NCBI GenBank assembly: GCA_002633005.1
Contig: NMRA01000189.1
Span: 340,667-404,666, forward strand
Source of the DNA: Phoronis australis
Taxonomy: Eukaryota > Animalia > Phoronida
Direction of reading: 5' to 3'
DNA: 64,000 nt
Positions 14,901 through 27,300 of this stretch are shown piece after piece. The translations under genes were made by a program, and so were the position numbers. Within the stretch, counting starts at the first letter, position 1. The number at the start of each line of letters is the position of its first letter. A model generated the notes under the pieces. The model was given only the letters and a program-made list of their open reading frames with translations. It ran no database searches and had not been told where the DNA came from.

Positions 14901-17900
14901 TGGGGAGTTACTATGCCATGAACTAAAGTACTGTTGCTGGAACAGAATTGCCAGAAGCACTTACGCCAAAGACAAAGTTTGAACGCATGGCAGCCGGCAC
15001 GTTTGCATTTGACACAACACGCGGAGTGATTGTCTGCGTTGTATCACCTGGATGTGACGGGGCTTGATTGGAGCTCTTGTTCTTCTCTTGTGACATTCGA
15101 AGCACTTGCTCCTACACAGTATAACAACACACTACAAATGATCTTGACATCTATGGACACACACATGATAGTGAAGTCTTAGCGGGTATATTTATTTGAA
15201 AAAAAAATTCAAGAATGTCTGCCTCTTAGGCTCACATGCAGGAGGATCTTATTCAAAATTTTTGAATAATAACTGATAAAGTTTCAACTTAGTCTTATTC
15301 TGCATCTATTGTCAGTTATCGGCAATTTGTTGTTTACCTACCTCCTACTACCTAAATTGTCGTATACCTACCCCCTGATACCTACATTGTCGTAGACCTA
15401 CCCCCTCCTACCTACATTGTCGTAGACCTACCCCCTGCTACCTACACTGTCGTACACCTACCCCCCGATACCNACATTGTCGTGCACCTACCCCTGCTAC
15501 CTACATTGTCGTATATCTACCCCTGCTACCTACATTGTCGTATACCTACCCCCTGCTACCTACATTGTCGTATACCTATCCCCTGCTACCTACATTCTGT
15601 CAACCCAAATACAGTAAACTAGAGTTCCAACAATACCAAACATTAACTGTTCTTTCCGCATGTCCAAAGAGGTCACTTCAAGATAAGGACAAATAACTTA
15701 ACGTAATTACATAAATGAGAAACATATTAGTGTGACCAAAAATCAACTGCTAATTACAGCATCTTTCCAACTGATTGCAAACACATGAACTCATGAAGAA
15801 ACAAAACTTACACATAGACACATAGTAAAATGCACTCAGAAATACAACAATCAAATTTTAAATATTCAAGATGATGGCATAATGCACAATTAAGTGTACT
15901 CTCCACCACCCCATCGACACAGACAGTTGAACACACACTAACTTAAGATGTCATTACGTCTTACATTTCCATAATCACTACCATTGTCTGTCACCAGTGC
16001 AACCGCTTCCACAGTTTCCTCAGTGTTTGCCTTTTAATCAAATTACAAGACCACACTTGCATGAAACAATACAGAGTTTTTCATTGGCCAATACTTTGCC
16101 GCTTCAGTTTCGTAATCTTAAACCACTTACTAGAACATGTTCAGCAAACACAGTGGAACCCTGCTTAATGTCATATTGTGGGTTTCTACGAATGATCATA
16201 CATCGTGAGCGCACAGCTAGCTGTGTTTCCCACACTGAGAAATGCCTTACACTGACAGTGGTACCAGCAAAGTATTGCATTTCTTCGTTTTTTCATTAGG
16301 AAGAACTTCCTTTTGGTTTGCTTCTATTACCCTGCAACTAAGCATGTGGAGCTTGTACAAAGAAGTGGGCTAAGAGACCAACAAACAAACAACACCTGTC
16401 CATCTATTCAAATGGAAAATGACACACAAGACGCTTCTGCTTAAAGCAATTCATGTACATTATAGTTTGGAAGTAAGACAAAGTTCCTGCACAACTTACC
16501 AGCCTGGAGTTGTAGTCTGTAAGGACTCTGCCAGAGTCACTACGTACAGGCGCACCAGCACCAGGCTTACCCCATGGGTCAACAGCATGTTTCTCCACTT
16601 CTCTCATCTCCGCTGAAATCCCAATCAAAGATCAATAATTCAGAAGATTCTGTTCTTGTTCAGCAAATGTCACCATTGGAAAATTAGACTATCAAGACCC
16701 AAAGTGCATACAACTAAGCAGCAACACAATAACAAGTGAATCGACTTTTGTTTCAATAATGAATTTGAGAATGTAAGAATAAAGCAGCTCTACAGGATTT
16801 CTCGATATCCATCAGCACTAAGTATCATGCGGTAACTATTACTATCCCCAAAACAAACTTAACTGTAAATAGCTACCGGCTAACAGCCCACGCAATTATT
16901 CCCCTTAGGAGACGATTTGGCAAGAAAATGTGATGGGCATGCTACCATGTTCTATATACAAGACATTCACAAGGTGTGGTTTGATCCACTAGACTGAATA
17001 GGGATGACTGAAGTTAGGCAAAATGGAAGTTGAATATTTGCCTTTTCGTTTTTTGAGTTTTGCAGTAGTTACTGTTCAATATGTAGGATAAATAGATTGG
17101 ACACGTGTCCCAAACACAGACTCCCGTGGTAATTAGATACTTTTTCCAAATTCCACTCAAGGTCTAGAAGTGGAAAAAAACAGCCTCATCGAGTAATAAC
17201 ATTGAATACCAAGTATTGCAAATGTCTTTGTCCCAACAGTCCTTTTCAACAAACTAATAGCAAAGCACTACTGACCAATAGTTATGGATACACTTAAGCT
17301 GAACAAATGCATCACAAGTACCTCTCTCTTTCTCCCATTGCAACCGTTTCTGTTCAGCCTTAGATAGGGTCACATGACCTTCGACTTTTTGGTTAGAAAC
17401 ATGGCGCGGAGACACTATGTATCCATCATTAACAATGGCATTGGTTTCATAATTCGCACTACTTCTCGCCTCGGAGTCACGTTTCTGAGCGTCTGCCCTT
17501 TCCTTGTCCCACTGTATCCGCTTCTGTTCTGCTTTACTCAGGGGTGGACCTGAGATGGATTTCTGCACCGCGGGAGCCTTAGCAGTAACTGGCGCACTGT
17601 CCTGTCTTGGTGTCGCACTTTCTCGCTTGTGAACCTGCTGTTGTATTCTCTCTATTTCCACTCTCTCACGTTCCCACTGCAGTCGTTTCTGTTCACCTTT
17701 TGTAAGGTGAGCTTTTGGGATGTTACCAAGGTTACTAGCACCGACATTTTGGCCACCCGCAGGCTCTACTTTACCCCTAGCACTGTCATGAGTAGTCTTC
17801 AGTGCCAAAGTTTCATTACTTTGAAAATCCTTAGTAGAATCATTACCAAGGTCCAGCCCAGGTACGCTAGTTGGCTGCACTCTAACAGGTTCAACTCTCA

Positions 17901-20372
17901 GCTTACCAGCATTGCTGAGACTGATGTTCCCACCTTGATTCTCTGGAGCTGCCTTGTTTGACTTGTTATCCACAACTTTTGACTGGTCCCCACCATTACC
18001 AGTTTTGTTTAGCAAGGCATAAATACCACCTCTTTGCTCGGTGTTGTCACTTTCAGTGACCTGTGTGTCGGTTTGCTTACTTTGGTCAGAGGTTTTCAAC
18101 AGGTCATATATTCCACCTTTCTGGACAAGAGTATTAGTTTCGTCACCTTGATTTTTACTTTCATCAGGTTGAGTTTTTGAAACTTCAGCAGACTGTACTT
18201 CTTTAGATTCCGAAGAATTGGATTCCTGTTTGGAAGTATCTTTGCCAGACAACTCAACTTTTTCAATCTTAATATCTTGATTTTCTTTATCTGCAAAGAA
18301 TTCAGAATGACTGAGGTTAAAATTAACCAACAGGCTACATTACCACGAGTGCATCAAAGTAAAAATAAAAATTACACAACTCGCATTATTTTTTCTTCTA
18401 AAATTGGTCTTAAAGCTCCTAGACTTTCCTGTCGGTAATCAAGGCAAAAATGAATTCCATCGTTATGAAGAGCTGTTATCATGTTGGCTCTTGGTGTTAG
18501 ACTACACCAAGTTCTATTTCAACTTACCAACACTTATTCTCACAGGCTCCACTGTCCCATTGCTGACTTTTCCAATTGTTTCCAGAATGGCATTCAACTG
18601 AGCCTGTGTCAAGGTCACAGTAGCCTGTGACCCACTGCCCTTCTGACCTTTCAACCTTGACCTGTCATTTCTAGCCTGAGTCTTTTTATTATTATTCACA
18701 GTGCTGTCATTCAAAGTCTTAACAGATTTTGATGTTTTGACAGACTTTGCAGCACCAGTTTTGTAGTCATGAGTCTTAGCACCATCAGATATTTCAGTCT
18801 TTTCTTTGTTATTATAACTCTGTCGAGCATGCTTAATATCACCATTTGATATCTGTTGACTATCCTGTGAGGACTGTTGTACTGTGCCTACAGCAGCCCC
18901 ACCTTGTGTGGAACGTGGTCTAATTTCACTATCATTATTTCGCAACTTATCACTGGCCGGAACTTTTTCTGGTGTTCTTTGTGAAGTGACAGATTTCTTG
19001 ACAGTAGTCTGATGTTTCACCGTCTCTTGTTCTGTTGCAACATCATTGTGCGTCGCGCCCCTGAGAGGGAAGGGTTGGGCTTTCTTCTTGTAACTAAACT
19101 GCATAAGAGAAATGACAACAGAATTTACTTTAATACAGACTAAGCAATGACTCAGTGGCACATTCACTCAATAGGAATAGATTGTGTGCATAAATTTGTC
19201 CGACTTCTTCAGACTGGTTACAAGTCACAAAAACTTGTTTTACCAGGTCACCAAGCAAAATCTGAGATCGTATTGGCGAGCAGGAAGTCACCAAGCCCTG
19301 CCTTCACAATGCTTTTTGATATATATGCATACGAACCAGACAATTAAAAACTGAGAATGTAATTTGAGAAGTTTTAAGCCAACAAGATTACATCCACTGG
19401 AACATATGCCACAGCTGAGCCATGGAAGTAAATAAAGTTGGGCTTATTTTCAGAAATTCCGTGTAGTAAATGTACACTACCTTTTTCTTAGGTTTATTCG
19501 CCTTGGCAGCTTGGTCCCAGAAAATCTGCACCTTTCCACCCTCTGTCTGGGTGCTGAATCGGTAGGATTGACTGAAACAACGGAATATCAGTTGCTTTAG
19601 ACATTAAAGCATGGAGATATCAAGGGGCGTAGTATTAAAAATTTGGAAAAATCGTAAAAAGCTGGCGATATATTGGAGGAATGTGCTGATTTTTGCCTGA
19701 TTTTATTCTGAGATTTCGCAATAATTGTAACATCAGAGTATGTCAGGTTTTGACAAAATTCGTAAACAAGCATTTTAGCGAATAACATAGAATGAAGCAT
19801 GCAGAGTTAAAATTAACTCATACCATGAATCTGAAACACTGTTTGAACAAAGTCAGGAATTTCAACAGCATTTTAATAGCACTTCCCTAATTGCCTGCCA
19901 CCACTTTGAGGTAATTTCCATGTCCCTAACTCCTACAGAGTCACCTAAAGCTTAGTGCCCATCATGGCTTATAATCAACCGGTATAAAAAAGTAGAGTTG
20001 GAATTCTTCGCAAAAAGCATCTTAATTCCCAGCTTGCTTCATCAGAGGTGATGTATCAAGCACTTTTACTGAGACATGTTATTATTAATTATAATTAAGT
20101 GTGTAAAACTGTAAAATGTATTTTAAACTTCTTCCTTCAATTTCCTTCATCTGTGGTAGGAATTGAGCTACTGCATGGGGATGAAAGCCTAAAGGGAAGA
20201 ATTGTAGACCCAAAGAAAAGTAGGGGATATGTGTTGCCTAATACAATAACTGTGTCTGTGTTGTTTTTGATCTGCGCCCCACAACTCTTCTCTTGACCAG
20301 TTGATCACTGAGAGTCAGATCGCGTTGGAGTCGAATGCAGAACTCAGAACAGAAGGCTCACTCATTATTCAT
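2939..20372 (-). CDS. CCDC66: Coiled-coil domain-containing protein 66 (centrosome/cilium microtubule-associated protein), 14 coding exons, ~1366 aa
   Basis: In-phase GT-AG exons in transcription order: 20372-20362 (MNN), 19571-19481, 19098-18528, 18290-17322, 16612-16500, 15111-14965, 14292-14229, 13655-13430, 11008-10759, 10461-10317, 9046-8756, 6350-5308, 4184-4098, 3031-2939 (stop); total 4101 nt. Motifs recognised as CCDC66-like: VTLTQAQLNAIL, PAAMRSNFVFG, KRKWLEDLEKQREE, ELEERRRRHLEHQKAIQEQVEE, AGHDVSHL, DPILNP...RQGIILKQLSEMRKGLLQKQREIES. Confidence 0.88.
5308..6350 (-). CDS. CCDC66: CCDC66 exon 12 (large, basic and Ser-Pro-rich)
   Basis: Within ORF 5272-6411; acceptor ttgcag at 6351, donor gtaaag at 5307; phase consistent with flanking exons. 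Confidence 0.85.
7903..8407. mobile_element. MITE with 13-bp TIRs and a 7-bp TSD
   Basis: TIR cagggcttggaat / attccaagccctg; direct repeat gctatat at 7896-7902 and 8408-8414; repeated gcggaaa subterminal motifs. Confidence 0.85.
9615..9839. mobile_element. Same SINE family with an inverted 5' head
   Basis: 9615-9678 is the reverse complement of the SINE head; 9718-9839 is the forward B-box (ggttcgagg) and body. Confidence 0.6.
10759..11008 (-). CDS. CCDC66: CCDC66 exon 9, conserved CCDC66 coiled-coil domain
   Basis: ITNLDASTQRELEERRRRHLEHQKAIQEQVEERQRLKREERERKAREEAEEERRL; cag/gtgggt boundaries. Confidence 0.9.
11794..13370 (-). mobile_element. Non-autonomous Helentron-associated (HINE/DINE-1-like) element with an internal tandem array, copy 1
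   Basis: Read on the minus strand: T-run + ATGCACCCAC stem, degenerate GTCY microsatellite, ~435-450 bp units built from ~145 bp subunits, and a 3' end GGGCGCATTT..GCTCCGTGTTGCTCTTGT. Same termini as the copy at 37767-39076. Confidence 0.75.
15336..15598. repeat. ~30-bp minisatellite (ctacctacattgtcgtatacctaccccctg), about 9 copies
   Basis: Directly visible tandem copies; N at 15473. Confidence 0.9.
17322..18290 (-). CDS. CCDC66: CCDC66 exon 4 (low complexity, internal peptide repeats)
   Basis: Within ORF 17254-18330; ttgcag acceptor, gtactt donor; 969 nt, phase 1-1. Confidence 0.85.
18528..19098 (-). CDS. CCDC66: CCDC66 exon 3
   Basis: Within ORF 18514-19167; atgcag acceptor, gtaagt donor; contains VTLTQAQLNAILETI. 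Confidence 0.85.
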
Positions 20373-21164
20373 CTAATCGCAAGCTCTTACGGAATCCAAT
20401 GATTTAGCAGCGCATCTTACCCAAAGCTCATATCAATTGTTTAAGAAACATTCCTAAACATATAAGCGTTCACGAGATAAACCATACAAACAGCACAAAC
20501 TTGACACACTCCTGTTGTCAAACACAAGAATTTGTGGGACAACTCAAACACTGAAATGAAAACGAGTGGCTAGTATTGTTAATAAATTTTAACAAACAAA
20601 TTACAATTTAAAGACTTTATTTAGATTCAATAAAATATTTTCAAAATGTTTTTCGAAAACATAGTTTTATTTGAACATTTACAGTGATCATTGCGTATTC
20701 AATTTGAATATTGATAATGTATGATTTCTTATTTTTATTCGACTTTTATTAAGCGCCGTCTAACGGAGGATTTCAAAAGCTGGTAAACATGACTAAGTCG
20801 CAGTTAGACTGTGAAGACAGATGTAGTGTGGCTGTGCATTGTATGCATAGATCCTTGATATTACAGTTTGTGTTGTAAGTTATTGCCTGGTCATGATGGC
20901 ATCCATGGCGTAATGCGGAACACTGTATCAATCGAAATTATAAAATTTCGCAAATCAATGGCTAGCACTAGGAACCCCAGATACCTCCTGAACTCCAGAT
21001 CTGATACACCATTGATTGTTATATCAATATGTACAGAAGGGAGTGATGCACATGCCACTATCCTGGTTACACAGCAACTCAGATGTGCTGCAAGTCTGGT
21101 GAGGCTCGTAATCTCACAACACTGTGTGGCGCACGTGATTACATGCTGCTTGACCATCAATCGG

Positions 21165-23884
21165 GGTAAGACAATGAATGACCCTGATCAACAAGCAATA
21201 GCCTATCATCACGATTGGCATGCGTGTCTCTTAGACTAGTTGCATCTAAGATGCTGTGTAATTTCGTATGCGGTACTCCCTTCTTTACTTACGTGTTCTA
21301 CATACTGGAGGTACTAGTACATTCTAACAGATAGAAATAACTTCCTATAGTCTTCATACAGCCTGCTGTGACACTGTAGTTTGAGTTTGGCTAACTTGCA
21401 ACACCATTTTAGGCAAATACACACTGCCTATACCATGGGCTAATTGCATATGGTATGGTGGCTATTAAACCAGCAATGTTATTGCCTGCAGAAACAACTC
21501 CCATCACCAAGACTTGAACCGAGGTTCCCAGCGTCAAGATTCAAACATCCAACCTATTTATCTAAGAGACAGTTGCCACTTGGCAAGTAGTTTGGAGGCT
21601 TTACCGATCTACTGCATTATGCCTGAACTTGTTTGTTACTCAATTTGGGTGCTATTTAAGGACTTTGAAAGAACTGTTTATTCAGATCATCATATACAAC
21701 ACTGGTGATTATCAGTACTTGCAAATCCAAAAAAAAAGCCATGAAAGCTCTTCTGCCTCTGATTGGGAGATTTTTCCTGTTCAGTGAAGCCAGGCTTTGT
21801 CAAGCAATTGCAATGCACGTTTAAGATTTGTTGTATTCTTTCAGGAAGAGTACAAAGTCTTCAAAATTACTGCAAAACGGTGTGAAAAGTAATGACAATA
21901 CTGGTAAAGCATCTTGCTTACTAGTTTTGTTTTGTGTGATTTAATAACATCGCCATTCATGCTTGAATAATAATAATAAACTAGTCTTACGGTATTGGAT
22001 CACCCTGATATATACACCACTTTGAACCCATTTTTGCATTGCGCTGTATTTGGTCAATTCAGGTGTTTTTGGTTTTGTTCTAGAGCCTATGCATTGCGGG
22101 GGAAGTCATTAATTATTAAGTAAAATTAATGCTTGTTCCTTTTGCTAACTTGGTATACATGTACATACGCGGCACTCAATATGGCAACCTAAAGGTTGTT
22201 ACCTCGAATTTTATTTGGTGACCTGGTAAAATCCCAAGTGGCAATGAAGTCATACACATCCGAGCATGCGCTTGTAGCACATGAAATAAACAAATGGAAC
22301 TTGGATTTGTTCGTCAANTGTTTGTATTTCAATGAATTATTGTTTGTATTTGATAAAAATAAATGCTGTTGATATGACATTTAATAGTCTTTGTGCACAT
22401 ATTTGACATTTTAATGTTTAACAACACGGCAAATGCACGGCTGGTTCCCGGCAGCACGTACGCAAAGGGCGGGAACTTCAGCTTTCAAAGTTCGCCGGTA
22501 GGATCGCAACTTCTGACCTTCGGCCTGGTTAAAAAAAATGAAAATTTTGATTTCACGATTTTGGGAACTGAAATAGGGACTTAAACACATCGACAACCTC
22601 CTAAGGTGTTCCTCTATGCGCAAAAGGTATTTATAACAACGTGACTTTGATGGTTTAGTTGGTGCGAGGCATAATTCGCCGAAAAGCGCCTATAGCCTCT
22701 GCATCGCCTCTGGTTCGGGCCAACAGAAGCGATGGTCATTGCCTAGGTAAGACAATGAATGACCCTGATCAACAAATAACAGCCTATCACGATTGGCATG
22801 CATGTCTCTTAGTTGCATCTTAGATGCTGTGTAATTTCGTATGCGGTACTCCCTTCTTTACTTACGTGTTATACATACTGGAGGTGCTAGTACATTCTAA
22901 GAGATAGAAATAACTTCCTATAGTCTTCATACAGCCTGCTGTGACACTGTAGTTTGAGTTTGGCTAACTAATGCAACACCATTTTAGGCAAATATGCACT
23001 GCCTATACCATGGGCTAATTGCATATGGTATGGTGGCTATTAAACCAGCAATGGTATTGCCTGCAGAAATAACTCTCATCACCAAGACTTGAACCGGGGT
23101 TCCCAGCGTCAAGATTCAAACATCCAACCTATTTATCTAAGAGACAGTTGCCACTTGGCAAGTAGTTTGGAGGCTTTACCGATCTACTGCATTATGCCTG
23201 AACTTGTTTGTTACTCAATTTGGGTGCTATTTAAGGACTTTGAAAGAACTGTTTGTTCAGATCATCATATACAACACTGGTGATTATCAGTACTTGCAAA
23301 TCCAAAAAAAGCCATGAAAGCTCTTCTGTCTCTGATTGGGAGGTTTTTCCTGTTCAGTGAAGCCAGGCTTTGTCAAGCAATTGCAATGCACGTTTAAGAT
23401 TTGTTGTATTCTTTCAGGAAGAGTACAAAGTCTTCAAAATTACTGCAAAATGGTGTGAAAAGTAATAACAATACTGGTAAAGCATCTTGCTTACTAGTTT
23501 TGTTTTGTGTGATTTAATAACATTGCCATTCATGCTTGAATAATAAACTAGTCTTACGGTATTGGATCACCCTGATATATACACCACTTTAAACCCATTT
23601 TTGCATTGCGCTGTATTTGGTCAATTCAGGTGTTTTTGGTTTTGTTCTAGAGCCTATGCATTGCGGGGAAAGTCATTAATTATTAAGTAAAATTAATGCT
23701 TGTTCCTTTAGCTAACTTGGTATACATGTACATACGCGGCACTCAATATGGCAACCTAAAGGTTGTTACCTCGGTTTTTATTTGGTGACCTGGTAAAATC
23801 CCAAATGGCAATGAAGTCATACACATCCGAGCATGCGCTTGTAGCACATGAAATAAACAAATGGGACTTGGATTTGTTCGTCAA
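21165..23884. repeat. Near-identical direct duplication, 21165-22317 vs 22746-23884, across an N at 22318
   Basis: Duplicate ORFs at 21514 and 23089 differ by one residue. Confidence 0.9.
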
Positions 23885-24361
23885 AAAAAACGGAAGGAGC
23901 TGTCCGTGACTTGCACAGACAAATTGTCAGCATCTCCTCGGGATAGGTGATCCTGGGTGGTGTACTGGGTCTGAGGAAGGAATTGATCATTTCTGAGCAC
24001 ACAATATACTCCCTATTTTCTGTGTAACTAAAACGGGACAACATGGCCATTCTGGGGAACATACCCTCAGTTTGTCGGTCTTCCAATTCACTACCCTGTG
24101 TTCTCATTTCTGTCTGTAGCCAACATTGTGTAGTTTGTAGGAGCCGGGACTTTAGCACCCCCACATATGAGGTTTCTCATTTTGGTGACCTTATTTCCCA
24201 TTTGGCGATCACCTGAGAATTTTATCAGATCATGCGCGCGCGTGTGTGTGAGTATGTCAAAAAGTGCTGCATTCCTTAATATGCATCGCTGGCAATAAAA
24301 AGTGTGCATTGTAAAAAAGTAAGGTATGATGCAATTACTGAGCTTCCTGTTGCTTGCAGTT

Positions 24362-27300
24362 ATGGACAATTACCATCTGGCATTCGTCGTTCTTATCATC
24401 GTTTGTGTACTTCTTGTGGTTATCAGCCGGTCTGGCTTGAGAAGTCATGTCACTAACGAAACGTTTAGATGTCTACAGAGATGTTACTTGATCGTTTATC
24501 TACTTGCCATGGGTAAGCACAATTTTCAAAGTCTTGTACATGCTCACTAGTAGGAAAGACTGAATTTCTCAAATGTTACCGATCGAGGGACATCATTTAT
24601 CTTAGATCAGTAATGCGATGGATGATTCTCACTGCGCGAACATTTTGCCACATTTTGCCGTCCTCCCTCTCCGTCCAGCCAGCATCCATATGGCGTCTTC
24701 AACTGTATACTCCAAAACTGCTGGATGGATGTTTGTAAAATTTTGCAGATATTTTGCCCTATCATGGATAGAACGTCAAATTGATCTCGGCTTTTATCTT
24801 GCCGTAATTGGAAATGATTTCTGGCTTGGGGAGAATGTATTACTAAAGATGAACTCAGTAAATTGCTTAAGTTCTGAGTAAGCAATATGGCAGTTACTCC
24901 ATTGGGAATGTTTGGTAACCAAGCAGTACATGTGGAGTTAATATCTGATGTACCCGCTGGGGTACTTCCATAGAAGAGGTTTAGGGGACATTTTCTAGGA
25001 TGACCTTTTCACGACTAGTTTCCTCCAAGTCGATGCTTTTTCTGACAAAACTTGTTTGTGGAAGGGTGCCTTTTCCAACAAAATGCCCTTTAAACATGAT
25101 TCACCGTACAATTTTGAAACTGTGCAGAACATTCTTTTTCAGGATTACGCAAATCTACAAAAGGTTTTTACTAGCAATTTTTTATGTTTTTTAATGTTTT
25201 GTTTCAAATGATGTACTTATTTTGGACAATATGGCATCTCTGCTCAACTAGTTCAGCTTTTCAGTATGAAAGAGTTAGCTTGATGGACTTAACACCTAGT
25301 ATAAGACTGAAAAGGTGGTGGTTCTGGAGTAAAACCCTCTAAAATGGTGACGTATTTATGACAGCTTCCTTCAAATGGGTCCCCTTTTTTCGAGTATGTT
25401 CTCTCAATTGGACGGGAGATCACAATTTTGCAGTTGCATTTCTTATCAAAATATACTCTAACTGAGTACCCCCTGGGCTGGTGTGTATTGGTTTAAATGA
25501 AATATGGCCGAGCAGTACCGAGTGTTCTCTTCCTTGTTTCAGTCAATAGTATCTTGGCTTTGTTTACATTGATTACAACATTGTCTTTATGAGATGTCCC
25601 TCTTTGTATTTTGTGTAATTTATTGCACATAATTCTTATTGCTAAAATATGTACAGAATACTGACAACTCTCAAAGAAGTTAAATACTGTTAACTGATAA
25701 AATCACCAGAATTTGAAGCTAATGATGAAGACATAGATGGTGTAGCTTTTACTGATTGCCTTTGGCAAAGCAAGATGAATATCAGCAGAATTTGCCAACT
25801 TTTTTGAAAGTTTATTGTACACCTGAAAATCTATCTTGATTCTTGTTTGCTTGATTTCATTGTCTGACTGACTGGTATACCGTTTTCAGCTGGCGACTGG
25901 CTGCAAGGCCCTCACATGTATGCATTATACCAAAGTTACCACATGTCCACGCAGGAGATCAACTGGCTCTTTGTGGCTGGATTTGGCTCAAGCATGATCT
26001 TGGGTACAGTTGTTGGTCCGTTGGCTGACATGTAGTAAGTAAATATCCTCGTGTAAGCCGGAACTGAACTCGAGAGATTTCATCCGAGTATGAATACTTA
26101 AGTCCTGAGTGTATGAACCAGAGCAACTTTGTTCATATTAAGCGAAAATGTGACTCATGTACCATTATGCATGTCTAACTGATGTTAGTTTTATTGTTAG
26201 TTCTGTTAGGGGCTGTTCAATCAAGAGGTAGCAGCACTTGTTTTCTAAACAGTTGACAAGTGTCTTCTCGCTGTGATGTAGTTACAAAGTAAACATTAAC
26301 AAATTTCAAGCAGTGTGTTTAAGGAGTAATAGTCATGTGCAATTTATTTATGTGTTTTAGAAACAAAAACTCACTGTCCACCTGGAGTCTGATATAATCT
26401 GTTTCGTGCTGGTTCACAACTTTGCTACTTGTTTGACGTGTAGTTAACGGAGTTTTAGACAAATTTTGTTTGCGTTCGCGTTTACCGGAAGGTAACCGTG
26501 TTTCGACTTGGAGAGATTAATGGAAATCGACATGTATTATATTGTTTTTGTTTGGTGATACAAAGTCGTGTTTGCAACAAAATCAGGAAAATTCTTGGCT
26601 GCACGTATACGCACATGTTAGGGTAATTTTGTTATACAATGTCTTTTTTTGTTACTAGTATCTGAAAATTGGTTTGCTTTACAAGCAGCTGCGTGTTTGA
26701 GCAGTGAACAATTGTTGAATTAATATCGTTCAATCCAATGTATTGAACTGTCCACTACTTTCATTGATCAACTGACATGTTGTTTTTCAGTGGTCGCCGT
26801 GCCAACTGCATCCTGTATGGAATTCTGTACGGATGTTCTTGTTTAACGAAGGTGAGCTGAACGTTTAGCATGATTACTTATTACGTACTAACAATTAATA
26901 TTTGGTTCACATCTTGGGTGCTTAAACTGGCGAGCCTTGAAATCCAGTGTTGGCACTTAACCCGTAGATTGGCGCTTAATTAAATCGGAATTTTCGAGAA
27001 ATAGGGAGTGCGCACTCACCCAAACACGGCTCTTTATCTCAACCAGACAATTGCCATGACCATCTTTGAAGTTGAAGTTCACTTTTGTCTTATACTTTAG
27101 CTTATTGAAGACAGTTCGATACCAAAACAACTGCTTTTCAACACAACGAATAGCATTGTAGCCATTGCTTAGTCAGTTATTGTCTTTACTGCCGTTAAGC
27201 TTAACTGTGTTTAGATTTTACATTCAGAGTATAGATGTCCCATTCATCTGGCCTCCATCTTATTTTCATGCAGTTTGGAAGGCCATTGATGAAAACTTAC

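Noticed and set aside
15336-15598. CRISPR-like ~30-bp repeats
   Set aside because: Head-to-tail copies with no unique spacers, in a eukaryotic intron; this is a minisatellite.
23883-24000. U11 snRNA-like 5' end
   Set aside because: Similarity is limited to a few bases; no Sm site or matching 3' structure.
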